Part shown: positions 63,636 to 64,000 of the stretch, piece by piece
How positions within the stretch are numbered: position 1 is the first letter of the stretch
Layout of the letters: each line of letters begins with the position of its first letter
From: an uncultured Gammaproteobacteria bacterium
GTDB lineage: Bacteria; Pseudomonadota; Gammaproteobacteria; CAWCPV01
NCBI GenBank assembly: GCA_963797555.1
Contig: CAWCPV010000004.1
Span: 32,001 to 96,000, forward strand
DNA: 64,000 nt
Direction of reading: 5' to 3'
Program-made: the position numbers and the translations under genes
The notes under the pieces: generated by a model
What the model was told of the DNA's origin: nothing
The model's database searches: none
The model's input: the letters and a program-made list of their open reading frames with translations, nothing else

Positions 63636-64000
63636 ATGGCTCAACCGTCCAGCGTAGACCGTCACACGCTCGCGCAGCGGCTCCTTCAGGCTCGCAAGGC
63701 ATCCGGGATGACCCAGGAGCAGGCGGCGCAACACCTGGGATACAGCCGCCCCACCTTTATCGCGATCGAGAAAGGCAGCCGTTCGGTCACGCCGGAGGAG
63801 ATCGTCAAGCTCGCGGCCTTGTATCAGCGCAGCGTCCACGACCTAGTCCGTTCGGGACCCACCGCGGCGCCCTTGGAACCTCACCTGAGGGCGGCGGCCG
63901 CCGCTGTTGGCCAGGAGTCCGCCGAGCTCGAGGAGGCCATCCGCGTCCTGCAAGGATTCGCGGATGACTACCGACAGCTAGAGACTCTCGTGGGCGCCGT
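63636..64000 (+). CDS. XRE-family HTH protein, probably fused to an ImmA/IrrE peptidase (runs off the window)
   Basis: Hand translation: MAQPSSVDRHTLAQRLLQARKASGMTQEQAAQHLGYSRPTFIAIEKGSR...DDYRQLE; open to the window end. Confidence 0.8.
   Translation, partial: MAQPSSVDRHTLAQRLLQARKASGMTQEQAAQHLGYSRPTFIAIEKGSRSVTPEEIVKLAALYQRSVHDLVRSGPTAAPLEPHLRAAAAAVGQESAELEEAIRVLQGFADDYRQLETLVGA

Noticed and set aside
1-64000. CRISPR array, tRNA or rRNA
   Set aside because: No regularly spaced repeat-spacer array or recognisable structural RNA other than the group II intron was seen by eye.

Overview
High-GC bacterial (probably gamma/beta-proteobacterial) window. About 1-26 kb is a heavily eroded mobile patchwork: IS21, several IS91/ISCR remnants, IS3, IS1634, ISKra4, ISL3, a 120-bp MITE and attC-like sites. 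Its cargo includes stress genes, an Anbu/transglutaminase cluster and decayed c-di-GMP genes. At 25.9-27.2 kb a PIN toxin-antitoxin pair has its toxin gene split in phase 0 by an RT-deleted group IIC intron; splicing would restore a full 143-aa PIN toxin. This is the most striking feature. About 27-52 kb holds co-oriented accessory genes: PHB depolymerase, emrAB, an atypical transketolase, a MOSC reductase, cydAB, an FHA-ABC/Ser-Thr kinase/VWA/lipoprotein/M48 operon, a nonaheme cytochrome c plus cytochrome b, and an SQR. About 53-61 kb is core genome (rnfABCDGE, metG). The window ends in a putative defence operon: hypothetical gene, QatC-like QueC-family gene and XRE regulator. Many otherwise intact genes carry single small frameshifts, so some are probably sequencing or assembly indels. 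All product calls come from motif recognition by eye; no database search was run.
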